Shown here in pieces: positions 1-13,670 of a DNA stretch of 64,000 nucleotides. The position numbers and the translations under genes are program-made. The notes under the pieces were generated by a model. That model worked only from the letters and a program-made list of their open reading frames with translations. It was not told the DNA's origin and searched no databases. The stretch is from Eledone cirrhosa. Lineage: Eukaryota. Numbering within the stretch: the first letter of the stretch is position 1; the number at the start of each line of letters is the position of its first letter. Location: assembly GCA_964016885.1 (NCBI GenBank), contig OZ024763.1, positions 9,548,001 to 9,612,000 of the forward strand. The letters are read 5' to 3'.

Positions 1-14
1 TGGTTTTATCACAA

Positions 15-121
15 TAATTGTTTCTACTTTTGGCGCAAGGCCAGCCATATACCAGTGAATTACTGGTACTTTATTTTATCGACCCCGTAAGGATGAAAGG
101 CAAAGTTAACCTCGGCGGGAT
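15..121 (-). mobile_element. MetaSINE-like SINE, 3' part
   Basis: Reverse complement contains GAGGTTAACTTTGCCTTTCATCCTTACGGGGTCGATAAAATAAAGTACCAGT, the same block as the fuller copies at 25440 and 55945. Confidence 0.8.
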
Positions 122-393
122 TATCACAATAATGACAACTAAAACTTTAAAAATTGATCGAAGAATTCACGAGTATTTGAAAAGGTCTTTCATACACACA
201 TACTTTGCAGATAAACAGTCTTCAGAAAGTTTTCCAAACTCCATGCAGAATAAATAACTCGTGGATTGGCGCGCGTGTTTATATGACTCTAATTATATAT
301 ATATATATATATAGGCGTGTGTTTATTATTATGTGTGTATATTTCTATATATGTATATATTATGTATCATGTATATATATATATATATTATGT

Positions 394-461
<68 letters not shown>

Positions 462-653
462 CGTGTATGTGTGTGTGTACATTAGAAACATGTGAGTGCG
501 TAAGCAAGCAAATATATATATATATAAATGAAAGGTATAGAAAATATTGTAGCAAAAAGCTATATATATATATATATATAGTAAAAGGGATATTCAATAT
601 ATTGTATATATATATATAGTAAAGAAAATGAAAACAGGAAGAATGTCTCTTAC

Positions 654-881
654 TCGCCGTGCAATGGGTATATAATCACACAAAGGATCTTCATCATCTC
701 TGTCATACTTCAGTTTGGTAATGATGTGTTCCATGGACAAGTTCGGAGACAGTAATAGTGATGATGGTAGTGGTAGTGGAGGTGGTGATCGGTTGCTAGT
801 ATTGTCGTGGTCGCCGTCGTTGGCGACGATGACAGGGCCTAGCCGGGAACAATCCCAGACGTCTCTCGCCTCACTGGCCAT
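654..881 (-). CDS. Candidate coding exon of an unidentified host gene (76 codons, MASEARD...KLKYDRDDEDPLCDYIPIARR)
   Basis: Non-repetitive, CpG-retaining ORF starting at ATG 881 and followed in phase 0 by a CGA|GTAAGA donor (653-648). No family recognised. Confidence 0.4.
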
Positions 882-2467
882 CCTATCAACCTATTCTCTC
901 CTCCCTTATGTGTGTATATCTATATATATATGTGTGTGTGTGTGTATGATATATTTGTGTATGTATGTCTCAAACTTCCCTCCTTCTCACTTAACCATCC
1001 CCTCCTCTTTCAACTACTCTCTCTTGTGTGTTTATATGTAAAATATCCCTCTCTCTCTCACTTAGCCATTTTCTCCCTTTTTCCTTCACTTCTATGTCTA
1101 TCATGTTTGAAAACAACTACAGAGAAATTTGCATCTCATCTTTCTCTTGTCTCACTTATATATGTCTGTCTATCTATTTTGTCTAACAACAGTCAAACTT
1201 CCCTCTCTATTGTCTGTCTCTCAGTTATCCTCACTATCTGTCTCTTTCTTTCTCTCACTTTCTCTCTTCTTTTATATGCCTGTCTATCTCCCACTAACAA
1301 CAAACTACAACAACAACAACAGTAAAACTTAGCCATCCCCTCTCTTGTCTCTCGTCAACAACAACTACTGCAATAGTCAAATTCTCTTCTCATTTAGCCA
1401 TTCCATCTCTCTATCTATATCTCTGTGTAACAACTACAACTACTGCAATAGTCAAATCTTCCCTATTAATATATCGAAATAAAGAAAAAGAAAATAGATT
1501 TCAAATATATCCACGGAATCACAACGAAAAGCCCAAAACTGTTTACTGGTTGGGTGCTGAGCTTGGATGGCTGGTAGGTACTTATTGCCAAAATATAAAA
1601 AAAATAAACAAAACAAAAGCAAAGTTTCAAAAACAAATTTTATACTACTACTACCACTACTACTACCACTACTGCTACTACATCAAGGGCATCTGCAGTG
1701 GTAGTAGTATTGATGGTGGTTTGGCTATAAAAAACTATGGTAGTTGTATTTGTGGTGTGTGGTAATGGTGATAGTTTGTTTATAATAACTATAGTAGTAG
1801 TAGTAGTAGCGCTGGTAACGGTTAAATTTTGTTTTTTACTTCCTAAATGACATACGGAGCCATTTATAATTTGGTTTGGGGGAGGGTGGGGGAGGAAATG
1901 AGCGTTGGAGGCGATGATTGTGGTGATAATGATGATGATGGTGGTGACGATGGTGGTGATGATGATGAAGATGGTGGTAATATATTTTCCGTAGTTTTCA
2001 CACATCCACTCACTCAGACACAACACATCCATTCACTCAGACACAAAACGATGACATGTGCGGGGGGGGGAGTGAAGGAGTGGAGAATAAGTGTGTAGAA
2101 CGTGGCGATAGAATGATGAAAGTGGTGAAGGAGGAGTAATGGTAGTGGTGGTGGAGGAGAAGAAAGAGGGAGATAACAGAAAAGGATGGAGGAGGGAGAG
2201 GAAAAGGGTGTGGTGTTTGAAGAACTAACGGATAAAAAGTTTTATGTTCGGTTTCGACGTAACGATCATACAGAGGAGGAAGGGGAGGCAGGAGTGTTAG
2301 GTGTGAGTGATAAGATATCGAAAGAGAGAGAAGGAGGGTTTAGTGTTAGTGTGATGGTGGTGTCTATATGACAGATGCTTTAGGAGGAAAAAAGATAGAA
2401 AAAGAAGATAACAGAACAAGGGAGCCAGCTATATAATAGCATGTGTATGTGTGTGTATATATATATA

Positions 2468-2575
2468 TTCGACAGCTAGATCCGAGCTCATGTGTGTGTG
2501 TATATATATACACACACATGAGCTCGGATCTAGCTGTCGAAACGGCCGGAGCTCAGCCGTCGGGGTCCTGAATTC
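2468..2575 (+). mobile_element. Truncated hammerhead-bearing PLE-type insert with fold-back
   Basis: Palindrome 2468-2541; the right arm reads ATGA-gctcggatctagctgtc-GAAACGGC-cggagctca-GCCGTC. Same family as 56577-56760. Confidence 0.65.
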
Positions 2576-2734
2576 TTTCACACACATATATATATAAGCA
2601 GAAGGAATATTCAATTTGTTGGTAATTCAACAAATATAAATGTTTATAACTGATTCAGAGCACTCGACAAGTTTTCTGGAGTATAATATTCAATGATATT
2701 AAATAAATGGAAACTATATTTATAAAACCATATT

Positions 2735-2795
2735 TATTCTATTATATATATTTCAAGGGTTCCAAAATTTTGGTACGCTATCATCAGATAAAATA
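2735..2795 (-). ncRNA. Type I hammerhead ribozyme motif
   Basis: Minus strand: tattttat CTGATGA [stem II] GAA ATATATAT A atagaata. Confidence 0.75.
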
Positions 2796-2984
2796 CGAAG
2801 TGTGTTTTATAAATTTTTGACATAACCAAGGAAAATATACCTTAACGGTTCAAGTTTTCCTTGACTATCCATGGAAAACTTGAACCGTTAAGGTATGTTT
2901 TCCTTGGTTATGTCAAAATTTATAAATACACTTCGTATTTTATCTGATGATAGATACCAAAATGTTAGTACCCTTGAAATATAT

Positions 2985-4094
2985 CATCATCATCATCATC
3001 AACGTTTAACGTCCGTGTTCCACGCTTGCATAGGTTTGGACGGGGGTAGTCCCGCTTGAGGCAAGAGTGATTGTCTTGCTCGCATAGGACTGTCTGGCAG
3101 GTTTTCTACAGTTGGATGCCCTTCCTAACACCAACCACATTTACAGTGTGGGTCTGGGAGGTTTTTACCGTGTTGCCTACACGGCCACATTACAGCGTGG
3201 ACTGTGTGTTTTTTTGTCGTGACACCTACACGATCTCATTTGTTTCGGCCTGGATGGCGCGGCACCACATAACTTTACATAGAACGGGGTGGTGTGGATG
3301 GGGTGGGGGTGGGACGGGGTGTAGTTTGTTAGAGATGCCTACTGGCTGTAGTAGGTTTTACTATGTATTTAGGTAAGGCGGGTCTTCTCTGTTACTGAGT
3401 ACCGCCAAAGGTCTCGGTCCATTGACAATTGTCTTGGAGAGGTGTAAGTGTGTGAGGTCGGAGTTTATCAGCTCGTCCCAGGTTTTTCTAGGTCTGCCTA
3501 TTCCGTGGCTACCGTCTATCTTTATTGCCCTGCACTTTGTTATACAGCTATCGACTTTCATGCGCATCACGTGTCCATACCAACGTAGCCTTCTCTCGAG
3601 TAAACAACATCTGATCCCTCTTATTTCTAATTTTTTCCTTAGTTCGTTTATGCTTTGCCGTTCACGTATATTACTGTTACACATCCAGCGGAGCATGCAA
3701 GCTTCGTTCCTCTCTAGTCTGCGTATATCCTCTGCACACAATGCCCAGGTCTCACTGCCATGCAACATTGCTGTTCGTATGCAGGCATCATACAACCTGC
3801 CTTTCATTTTTAGGGAGAACCCTTTAGCAGCTAATAGTGGTATAAGCTCTCTGAACTTTTTCCAACCAGTTCTGACTCTAGCTACTGTACTTTCAGAGCA
3901 CCCTCCCCAACTGCTGATTTTATCGCCCAGGTAACGGAAGCTGTCCACTATTTCTATAGAACCCTCTGCGCAATTGAAAGAGCTAGTATTTTGTGGGCAC
4001 TTGCTGCTACTTATTGCACCAGAGCACCGGCCACATGTAAAATCTATGTTCTTAGTTAGCTTACCTGTGATCCCACTACATCTTTTATGCACCC
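2985..4094 (-). mobile_element. RTE-clade LINE (subfamily A), 5'-truncated
   Basis: ORF 3361-4092 with VDSFRYLG, LHGSETW, RRLRWYGHVMRM, GRPRKTW; (GAT)n tail at 2985-3000. Confidence 0.92.
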
Positions 4095-4170
4095 ATAATA
4101 GAATAAATATGGTTTTATAAATATAGTTTCCATTTATTTAATATCATTGCATATATATATATATATATAT

Positions 4171-5471
4171 CTCAATGACTGAACTAGAGAAGAAATTCCA
4201 AACATGGAAGCATGGCCTAGAATCAAAAGGCCTTAAAGTTAACTTGTCTAAGACTAAAGTTCTAGTTTGTAGGAAGGAAAATAGGGCACCGGTCCCATCT
4301 GGGAAATGGCCATGCTCAGTGTGTAGGAAAGGAGTAGGCAGAAACTCCATTTTATGTCCCAAATGCAAAGTATGGGTGCATAAAAGATGTAGTGGGATCA
4401 CAGGTAAGCTAACTAAGAATATAGATTTTATATGTGGCCGGTGCGCTGGTGCAATAAGTAGCAGCAAGTGCCCACAGAATACTAGCTCATTCCATTGCAC
4501 AGATGGTTCTATAGAAATAGTGGACAGCTTCCGTTACCTGGGTGACAAAATCAGCAGTGGGGGAGGGTACTCTGAAAGTACAGTAGCTAGAGTCAGAACG
4601 GGATGGAAAAAGTTCAGAGAGCTTATAACACTATTGGCCGCTAAAGGGTTCTCTCTAAAAATGAAAGGCAGGCTGTATGATGCATGTATACGAACAGCAA
4701 TGTTACATGGCAGTGAGACCTGGGATTGTGTGCAGAGGATATACGCAGACTGGAGAGATACGAAGCTTGCATGCTCCGCTGGATGTATAATAGTAATATA
4801 CGTGAACGGCAAAGCATAAACAAACTAAGGGAGAAATTAGGAATAAGAGGGATCAGATGTTGTTTACTCGAGAGAAGACTACGTTGGTATGGTCACGTGA
4901 TGCGCATGAAAGACGACAGCTGTATAAAAAAGTGCAGGGCGATAAAAATAGACGGTAGCCACGGAGTAGGCAGACCCAGAAAAACCTGGAACGACTTGAT
5001 AAATTCCGACCTCACACACTTACACCTCTCCAAGACAATGTCACTGGACCGAGATCTTTGGCGCTACACAGTCATACAGAAGACCTGCCTTGGCTAAGTA
5101 CAAAGCGAAACCTACAGTCAGTAGGCACCTCTAACAAAATACTACCCCCACCCCATCCACACCACCCCCTTAAATGTGAAGTTATGTTGGTACCACAACA
5201 TCCAGTCCGAAACAAATGAGGTCGTGTAGGTGTCACGACAAAAAAAAAAACACACAGTCCACGCTGTAATGTGGCCGTGTAGGTAACACGGTAAAAACCT
5301 CCCAGTCCACACTGTAAATGTGGTTGGTGTTAGGAAGGGCATCCAGCCGTAGAAAACCCGCCAGACAGTCCTATACGAGCAGGACACGCAATCTTGCCTT
5401 AAGTGGGAAAACTCCTGTCCAAACCCATGCAAGCGTGGAAGATGGACGTTAAACGATGATGATGATGATGA
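4171..5471 (+). mobile_element. RTE-clade LINE (subfamily A), 5'-truncated, frameshifted
   Basis: ORFs 4175-4819 and 4726-5097: GLKVNLSKTKV, PHD-like CSVC..CPKC..HKRC..CGRC, RWYGHVMRM; (GAT)n tail followed by (TA)n. Confidence 0.93.
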
Positions 5472-5626
5472 TATATATATATATATATATATAGTACACT
5501 ATAAGCCTACACCCCTTCACCAGATGGGCATAAGTAGTCTTAATAATCACCACTTGAGGGCGGCCTCATGTCTCTGATTTTCAGCCCCATGGATTTTGTC
5601 TATTATATTCCTTTGTTGTATTTCGA

Positions 5627-5684
5627 ATACCTGATGATGTCACCGGATTCATACTGAACCCGGTCATTGAAATGACCATAGTAT
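5627..5684 (+). ncRNA. Type I hammerhead ribozyme motif in a short (TA)n-flanked insert (~5493-5735)
   Basis: atac CTGATGA [accgg/ccggt + ttca/tgaa stem II] GAA ATGACCAT A gtat. Confidence 0.75.
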
Positions 5685-5816
5685 AATAAACCTTTAAAAG
5701 AATTACACCAGTCCAGCCTCCTGTTATTTTATAATATATATATATATCCAGCGAACCTCAACCCGTGAGGTTGTCTTTATGCGGGTATGTCAATATTTAT
5801 TTATAAAACAAATTTG

Positions 5817-5882
5817 TATTTCATCTGATGAGAGTGCACCATAATTTGCCTTGGTTGCCCTTGAAATATATATAATAAAATA
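5817..5882 (+). ncRNA. Type I hammerhead ribozyme motif in insert ~5748-5925
   Basis: tatttcat CTGATGA ... GAA ATATATAT A ataaaata; downstream sequence matches the 2595-4150 family. Confidence 0.7.
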
Positions 5883-6267
5883 ATTATGGTTTTATAAATA
5901 TAGTTTCCATTTATTAATATATTGTATATATATATATATATTTGTACTGTCTCTCTATTTTTTGTTCCTGTCTAATATTTAACTATATATATTTATCACA
6001 GAAAAAAAGAGAATCAGTGTTGCGACAAATGGAATTTATTGGACATATTACAATCGTTTCTCTGGCGATCAGCTCGAGACACGATCGAAGTGATGATCGA
6101 ACCTGACTCTGAAAATCGCAAGGTCCTCAGATACGTATTGATTCTACGAAGCAGATTTTCCTTCTCTTTTTTTTCTGTGATATCATACTCTGCTCTATGA
6201 GAGCATCGAGTGCTCAAACGACCTACCGCAAACAGACACTTTAAGCATCCAATACCAATTATATATA

Positions 6268-7815
6268 TAATAATAATGATAATAATAATAATAATAATGA
6301 AAATATTGTGTTCAGTGCTCAGGTGCACTACAACTCATAGAAAGTGTATAGTACATAGGGTAATGTACAAACGTCAGGAAAATGAACAGAGCATGAGTCA
6401 TGATATATACATGTGTGCATGTGTATGGAAGGGGTACATCAGGTGTAGTTTTGGCAAATTTCGTGAAGCATGAGGGTTTTAAAGGATGCAGTGTCTCGGC
6501 AGCTAACAACTGACACAGGCAGTTGGTTCCATGCTTCAGCAACTCTAAGAGTGAAAAAATGTTTCCGAAAGTCATGGGAGCTGTGTTGTTTTCTGACTTT
6601 GTAGGCATGTCCACGTGTGTTAGACACATGGAGATCAAAAAGGTGCTCAGGGTTGTTGTTGGCGAGATGGTTAATAACTTTGTGGGTGTTTACCAAGTCC
6701 ATTGCCAGATGTCGGAGTATCAATGAATCCATGCCCAGGGAAGCAAGGCATTCAGAGTATGGTAGGTGTCTGATGGAGGGTATGCGCTTGGTTGCACGTC
6801 TCTGAACAGTTTCCAGGAGGTCAATGTTCTGAGCAAGATAGGGGTTCCAGACTGATGATGCGAATTCCAAGTGTGGTCGTACCATAGCTGTATACAGCTT
6901 TAAATAGATGGCTGGAGAGCGGCTAACAAAGGTCTTGCTGAGTGATGCCAAGATACCCTCGGCCTTCTTGACAATCTTAGAGATGTGCTTTGTCCAACGC
7001 AAATCGCTGCTGACAGTAATGCCCAGGTCTCGTTCACAAGAGGACTTCTTGATATCAGTGTTGTGGAGGGAGTATGTGGACACTGGGTTTTTCCTCCCAA
7101 AATGCATGGTGGTACACTTGTCCACAGCCAGCTTCGGTTGCCAGTCTGTGATCCATTGCTGCTTTGTGTCCAGGTCTGATTGTAGGAAAGAGTTGTAGAT
7201 TTCAGGATCAGTCCTTTTGATTTCAAGGTACAGCTTGATGTCATCTGCATATTTCAGTACCATGGTATTCTTTAAGTTGGCATCTATGTCATTAATATAT
7301 GCCACAAACAAAAGGGGACCAAGAACAGATTCCTGTGGTACACCAGATGACATCTCATATGGTGAAGAATGCTGTCCTAGAACCGTGTCTACCTCTTTTC
7401 GGCTGAGAATGAAGGATTTCAACCAGATAAAAAGATCATCCCTCACACCCATTGCAGAGAGTTTCGCCATAAGTCTTTTGTGTGGCACAGAATTAAAAGC
7501 CTTAGCAAAGTCAAGGTAAACAACATCCACCCATGAGCCACTGTCAGTGATCCGGGTAATGTCTTCAAGGAACTCGATAGGCTGATCACAGCAGCTGGAG
7601 TTAGGGATAAATCCAAATTGCGAGGGCCAGATGAGGCTGTGAGAGCTCCTGAAGTTCCAAAGTGTTTCTCTGACACAGGATTCCATCAGTTTGCCAATAC
7701 AGCTAGTAAGACTGACTGGACGATAGTTGACAGGTGATGTGCGGTCGCCCTTTTTGAACAGAGTAATGACACTGGCAGTTTTCCACTGCTCCAGAGTAGC
7801 ACCGTTGTTGAGACA
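6268..7815 (-). mobile_element. CR1-clade LINE, 5'-truncated, long open RT frame
   Basis: ORF 6439-7686 (415 aa): YLDFAKAF, SGVPQESVLGPLLF, KYADD, RPHLEFAS, TRGH..K..RKHFFTLRV..WNQLP; upstream NYRPVSLTS; (TTA)n tail at 6268-6300. Confidence 0.93.
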
Positions 7816-8057
7816 GTATATGTATATATATATGGAAAAGAATGAAATGAAATTTCATTTCTCACTCTTAGTACGGCTGATACTTAAATGTAAGTATATA
7901 TACATACATACATATATGTATACAGACGTACATACATATATGTATGTACGTCTGTATATGTATACATATATGTATGTACGTCTGTCAACATATATGATAT
8001 GTTGATTTAAAACTTCACCATTCACAAGTGTTTTTTAAGCTTCATATCATGTATCCC

Positions 8058-8125
8058 TATTTTATCTGATGAAAATGCAGATATCATCCCATGATATTTG
8101 TTTTTGAAATGCGCATAATAAAATA
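8058..8125 (+). ncRNA. Type I hammerhead ribozyme motif in insert ~7995-8165
   Basis: 8-bp stem I tattttat/ataaaata, CTGATGA, long stem II gcagatatca/tgatatttgt, GAA, perfect palindrome ATGCGCAT, AUA cleavage triplet. Confidence 0.82.
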
Positions 8126-8429
8126 CTTGGAACTCTTTTAACCATCTTTTGATCTTATATTATATATATATATATATAGATATATATATTAGAATATGTG
8201 TTTAAAATGCCGTAGTATCTAAAACATTTAAACATTAACTAAATGAGCTCTCTGGACTGGTGGGTAAAGTGTAGAAAAGTGTCAGTGAGTTTGAAGTTTC
8301 AGTTTTGTCGCTTCATCTAGATAGAGTGTGCATGTTTATACGTGTGTGTATGTTTGATAGTAACAAAAATCTTGATAAAATAAGTACCAAACTTGAAAAA
8401 ATTATACATAACAGGTGGGGTGGGGGTGC

Positions 8430-8630
8430 CCCAGCTTAATCACAGTCTAATAACTGAAACCAGTTAAACAAATAAGACAGTGTCCAGCATGGCCACAGTC
8501 TAATGACTGAAACTAATAAATGAGCAAGTGTTAAAGCAGTACCCCAGCATTGCCACAATTTAATGACAGGAACCACTAAATAAGTGTCAAAGCTGTGCTC
8601 CAGCATGGCCTCAGTCTAATGATTGAAAAG
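8430..8630 (+). repeat. Four diverged ~55-bp tandem units (cagcatggccacagtctaatgactgaaac), probably an amplified SINE tail
   Basis: Motif recurs at ~8432, 8486, 8546 and 8601. Confidence 0.6.
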
Positions 8631-9044
8631 AATAAAAGAATAAAAGAATAACCTGTATTATTTTTTCTAACCGCTCATGTCTTTGTCCGGTGTCAACTCC
8701 TGTAGAACACTCCATAAAACTTCCAAACTCAGTTACATCTGTTTTAAGGGTGTCTTCATCATGTACGCTCATCATCTTTCTAGGGTTTCTTTTTACTCGA
8801 TAAAATATTTCCACCCTTTTTCATGGGCTTCTTTTCGTTTCTTTTGGGGGGGGGGGATTAGGGGCTTTTTTAGGGAGTAGTTTTCGAGATTTTTACAAGG
8901 ACACAATGGCTCATTTTTTCTCTACTTTTTTCTTCTAATTCCATATTGTCCAGTCCACAAGAAAATAATAACCACACCTTCAAAACATTGTTTAGATTTG
9001 AATTATCTGAAACAGTTTGTCTGTGTGTCTGTGTGAGTATTTAT

Positions 9045-9096
<52 letters not shown>

Positions 9097-9857
9097 GAGA
9101 GAGAGGGAGAGAGAGAGAGAGAAGATGCAGTGTGTTTGTGTATGGGTATGAAAGAGGATGTATGTATGTATGTTGATGTGTGAAAGAGACCATGTATATA
9201 TGTAGTATGTGAAAGCATGTGTGTATGTGAGTGTGTGTGTGACAGCATGTGTGTATGTGAGTGTGTGTGTGTGAAAGCATGTGTGTATGTGAGTGTGTGT
9301 GTGTGTGACAGCATGTGTGTTGTGTGTGTCAGTGTATATATGTGACATTGGTTTGAAAAGTGTTGTATGTGTATGTGTGTGTCTCTGTATGCATGAGTAT
9401 ATGTGTATGTATGAATGTCAATGTGTAGATATCTGTATCTTTATAAGTGTGTGTATGTATATATGTATGCGTATATAAATCTATGTATAAAAATGTAGTT
9501 TCAAAGGTTTTTCTTAACAATATGATCGGGAGTAAAGGTTAAAAAGCATTATTAGAAATAGGTTAACTTTACCTTTCATCCTTATGGGGTCGATAAGATA
9601 CAGTACCAGTAATGTACTGGGTAATTGCTGGCCTTGTGCCAAAAGTAGAAACAATTATTAGAAATAGGGCGGTGAATGCCATTTTTTCCACAATATTAAA
9701 AAAATATTTTCTAATTATTGAAATTAGAATTATCGACAGCAGTGCTAAGTACAGTAATAAAGGAATACCTTCCACACTACACAGGTGTGTTGGTATGGGT
9801 GTGTATATGGGTGTGTGTATTTAATTATATTTCTATTATTCTCTCTCTCTCTTGCAT

Positions 9858-10316
9858 ACTCACACACACACAAACATATATACACACACACAAACATACA
9901 TATACACACACAAACATATATATACACACACATAAACATATACACACACACACACACAAACATATATATATATACACACACACAAACATATATATACACA
10001 CACACAAACATACATATACACACACACAAGCATATATACACACACAAACATACATATACACACACACAAACATATATATGCACACACACACAAACATATA
10101 TATGCACACACATAAACATATATACACACACACACAAACATATATATACACACACACAAACATATATATACACACACACAAACATATATACACACACACA
10201 CAAACATACATATACACACACACAAACATATATATGCACACACATAAACATATATACACACAAACATATATATACACACACACAAATATACATATACACA
10301 CACACAAGCATATACA
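9858..10316. repeat. Compound (CA)/(TA) minisatellite, ~20-bp unit cacacacaaacatatatata
   Basis: Direct inspection. Confidence 0.9.
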
Positions 10317-10469
10317 TGTAGGCTGTTCTTGAAAAGACCCGTCCAACCCATGCAAGCAGAATAAACCAGACGAAAAACATGATGATGATGTATGTGTGTA
10401 TGTATATATATATAAGAGAGAGAAAAAGGAGAGTAAAAGAAATAAGTTAGTGTGTAAGCTCATGATATT

Positions 10470-10692
10470 ATGAAGGATACAAGATTGCAGAGCGCTCAAA
10501 GTCGTTGGAAGCCATGGAGGGGGGGGGGGGGGGGCAGGAAGACCCGGGATGAGGTGATAAAAGCCGACCTTGCCCAATTGCAACTCTCAAAGGAGATAAC
10601 CGGGATCTCTGCCGATATGCAGTAATACAGAAGACCCAAATTCCCACGACCACAAGCAGAAGAATATGTACAGTAATCGATGATGATGATGA
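10470..10692 (+). mobile_element. RTE 3' fragment (subfamily C-like)
   Basis: Homologous to 30680-30830; (GAT)n tail. Confidence 0.65.
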
Positions 10693-10729
10693 TATATATA
10701 TACATACATATATATATACACATATAAAT

Positions 10730-10862
10730 ATCGACCTGATGTTCCGAATAAGGGGAAACAATTGTTCTCAGTAATAGTGAACTGTTGTGGAACTACTTCT
10801 ACCAAACTTGTCCCAAGTGCTCTACTACTACGGGTATAACCCACCAGTGTGCTACAACTATA
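10730..10862 (+). mobile_element. PLE terminal-repeat fragment with degenerate hammerhead (same family as 35636-35770)
   Basis: CTGATGT...GAAACAATTGTTCTC followed by the same downstream sequence as 35670-35770. Confidence 0.7.
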
Positions 10863-10863
10863 T

Positions 10864-11878
10864 ATCATCATCATCATCATCATCATTTTACGTCCGCTTT
10901 TCCCTGCTTGCAAGGGTGGGATGGGTCTTATTCAACACAGCATCTCTCCAATTGTCATGGTCCTTCGTCATCTTCTCCGTGAGCTTCAGCGATCTGAGAT
11001 CTGCTCTCACCACCTCCGCCCATGTTTTTCGTGGTCTACCGCTACCACGTCTTCCTTCAACCATCGGTCATCCTCCATGCGCATCACATGTCCATACCAC
11101 CTCAGTCTCCTCTCTCGCACACTACATTCTATCCCTCTCAGACACAGTTTCTCTCTCAACACACCCATGCTGGGTCGTTCACACACATTGACATTGCACA
11201 TCCAACGGAGCATGCTTGCTTCATTTCTCTCCAGCCGTCGCATATCCTCTGCAGTTGCTGCCCATGTCTCACTACCATGCAGCATCGCGCTCCTCACACA
11301 GGCATCATACAACCGGCCTTTCGTACGCAGGGAGAAACCTTTCTTTTTCAACAGAGGAAGCAGCTCCCTAAACTTCTTCCAACCCGTCCTTAATCTAGAT
11401 ACTATGGCCTCGGAACACCCTCCTCCCATGCTAATCTAATCTCCTAGGTACCGGAAGCTATCCACCACTTCTATAGCGCCCTCCTGCATCTGAAAAATGT
11501 GTCTATCAATGCGACTTCTACTGTCTAATTTCCCTGTACATCTACTGCATACATATTTCTCCCTACCTGTTAGTTTGCCTGCTATCCCACTACATCTCTT
11601 GTGTACCCAGGATCTGCATTGTGTGCATTTTATAGAATTTATGCCAGTTCCTTTTCTGCATATCGAACATGGCCATTTCCCTGATGGAATCAGAGTTTTG
11701 TCCTCTTTTCTACTCATCAACACTTTTGTCTTAGCTAGGTTCACTCTCAGTCCTCTTTATTCCAACTGCTGTTTCCATATTCAGAATTTATTCTCTAGCT
11801 CCTCTACTGATTCTGCTATAAGAACCAGATCGTCAGCATAGAGAAGTTCCCATGGACAGCCAGTCTTAAACTCCTCCC
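10864..11878 (-). mobile_element. RTE-clade LINE (subfamily B), 5'-truncated
   Basis: WELLYADDLVL, PHD-like finger, VDSFRYLG, RWYGHVMRM; (GAT)n tail. Confidence 0.92.
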
Positions 11879-11927
11879 GTCCCAGTGTATGAAGGCCAAA
11901 ACAATTATGAGCAACAAATATAATATA

Positions 11928-12157
11928 TATCATTCCACTGTAAAGTGGTCGTGGAGGTGCCATGGCAAAAAAGCACCCAGCCCACACTGTAAAGTGGACG
12001 TGTAGGCACCACGGAAAAAAGGCACCCAGCACTCACTGTAAATGAGGTTGGTCTTAGGAAGGGCATCCAGCTGTAGAAATCAAGCTAGAATCAGTTCCCG
12101 TCCCACCCTTCAAAGCAGGGAAAAGCGGACGTAAAATGATGATGATGATGATGATGA
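11928..12157 (+). mobile_element. 3' part of the CORE-type SINE
   Basis: Matches 36068-36298. Confidence 0.8.
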
Positions 12158-12173
12158 TATATATATTATATAT

Positions 12174-12877
12174 AGTAATAGTAATATACGTGAACGGCAA
12201 AGCATAAACGAACTAAGGGAAAAATTAGAAATAAGAGGGATCAGATGTTGTTTACTCGAGAGAAGACTACGTTGGTATGGTCACGTGATGCGCATGAAAG
12301 ACGACAGCTGTATAAAAAAGTGCAGGGCAATAAAGATAGACGGTAGCCACGGAGTAGGCAGACCCAGAAAAACCTGGGACGACCTGATAAATTCCGACCT
12401 CACACACTTACACCTTTCCAAGACAATGTCACTGGACCGAGATCTTTGGCGGTACTCAGTAATAGAGAAGACCCGCCTTGTCTAAATACAAAGTAAACCT
12501 ACTACAGTCAGTAGGCATCTCTAACAAAATACGTCCCCGTCACAACACCCCCACCCCATCCACACCGCCCCTTTCAATGTAAAGTTATGTTGGTGCCACA
12601 ACATCCAGGCCGAAACAAATGAGATCGTGTAGGTGTCACGACAAAAAAACACACAGTCCACGCTGTAATGTGGCCGTGTAGGCAACACGGTAAAAACCTC
12701 CCAGTCCCACACTGTAAATGTGGTTGGTGTTAGGAAGGGCATCCAGCCGTAGAAAACCCGCCAGACAGTCCTATACGAGCAAGACAACCACTCTTGCCTC
12801 AAGTGGGAAAACTCCCGTCCAAACCCATGCAAGCGTGGAATATGGACGTTAAACGATGATGATGATGATGATGATGA
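12174..12877 (+). mobile_element. RTE subfamily A 3' fragment
   Basis: Near-identical to 4790-5471; (GAT)n tail. Confidence 0.9.
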
Positions 12878-12947
12878 TATATATATATATATATATATCA
12901 TGACCTTGCACACACTCAGCCCCGTCTTTTTCTCTCTCATATATATA

Positions 12948-13331
12948 TCACCATCATCATTGTTTAATGTATATCTTCCACGCTTGCATGGGTTTAGATG
13001 GGAATTGTCCCACTTGAGGCAGAATTGGTTGTGTGGCTCGTATAGGACTCTCTGGTAGGTTTTCTACGGCTGGATGCCCTTCTTAACACCAACCACGTTT
13101 ACAGTGTGGATTGGGAGGTTTTTACTGTGTTACCTACAAGGCCGTATTACAGGGTGGAGTGTGTGTTTTTTTGTCGTGACACCTACACGACCTCATTTAT
13201 TTAGGACTGGATGTTGTGGTACCAACATAACTTTACAGAGAAAGCGGTGGTGTTGACGGGAGGGGGGGTATATTTGATTAAGAGGTGCCTACTGACTGTA
13301 AGTTTCGCTTTGTACATAGGCAAGGTGGGTT

Positions 13332-13338
<7 letters not shown>
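12948..13338 (-). mobile_element. RTE subfamily A 3' UTR fragment
   Basis: Reverse complement of the 12470-12877 region. Confidence 0.85.

Positions 13339-13670
<332 letters not shown>

Larger units (their letters stand above)
2595..4150. mobile_element. PLE-type inverted-arm insert (left arm minus ~2595-2860; right arm plus 2872-2984 + 4095-4150, split by an RTE)
   Basis: The arms are reverse complements of each other, each has a hammerhead, and the right arm resumes exactly after the RTE insertion. Confidence 0.85.

Noticed and set aside
3422-3934. Antisense ORFs over RTE/CR1 copies (also 10849-11439, 39939-40451, 62545-63138)
   Set aside because: Shadow frames of LINE coding sequence with no independent motifs.
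9718-10583. Overlapping 160-250 aa ORFs
   Set aside because: CA/TA minisatellite translations.
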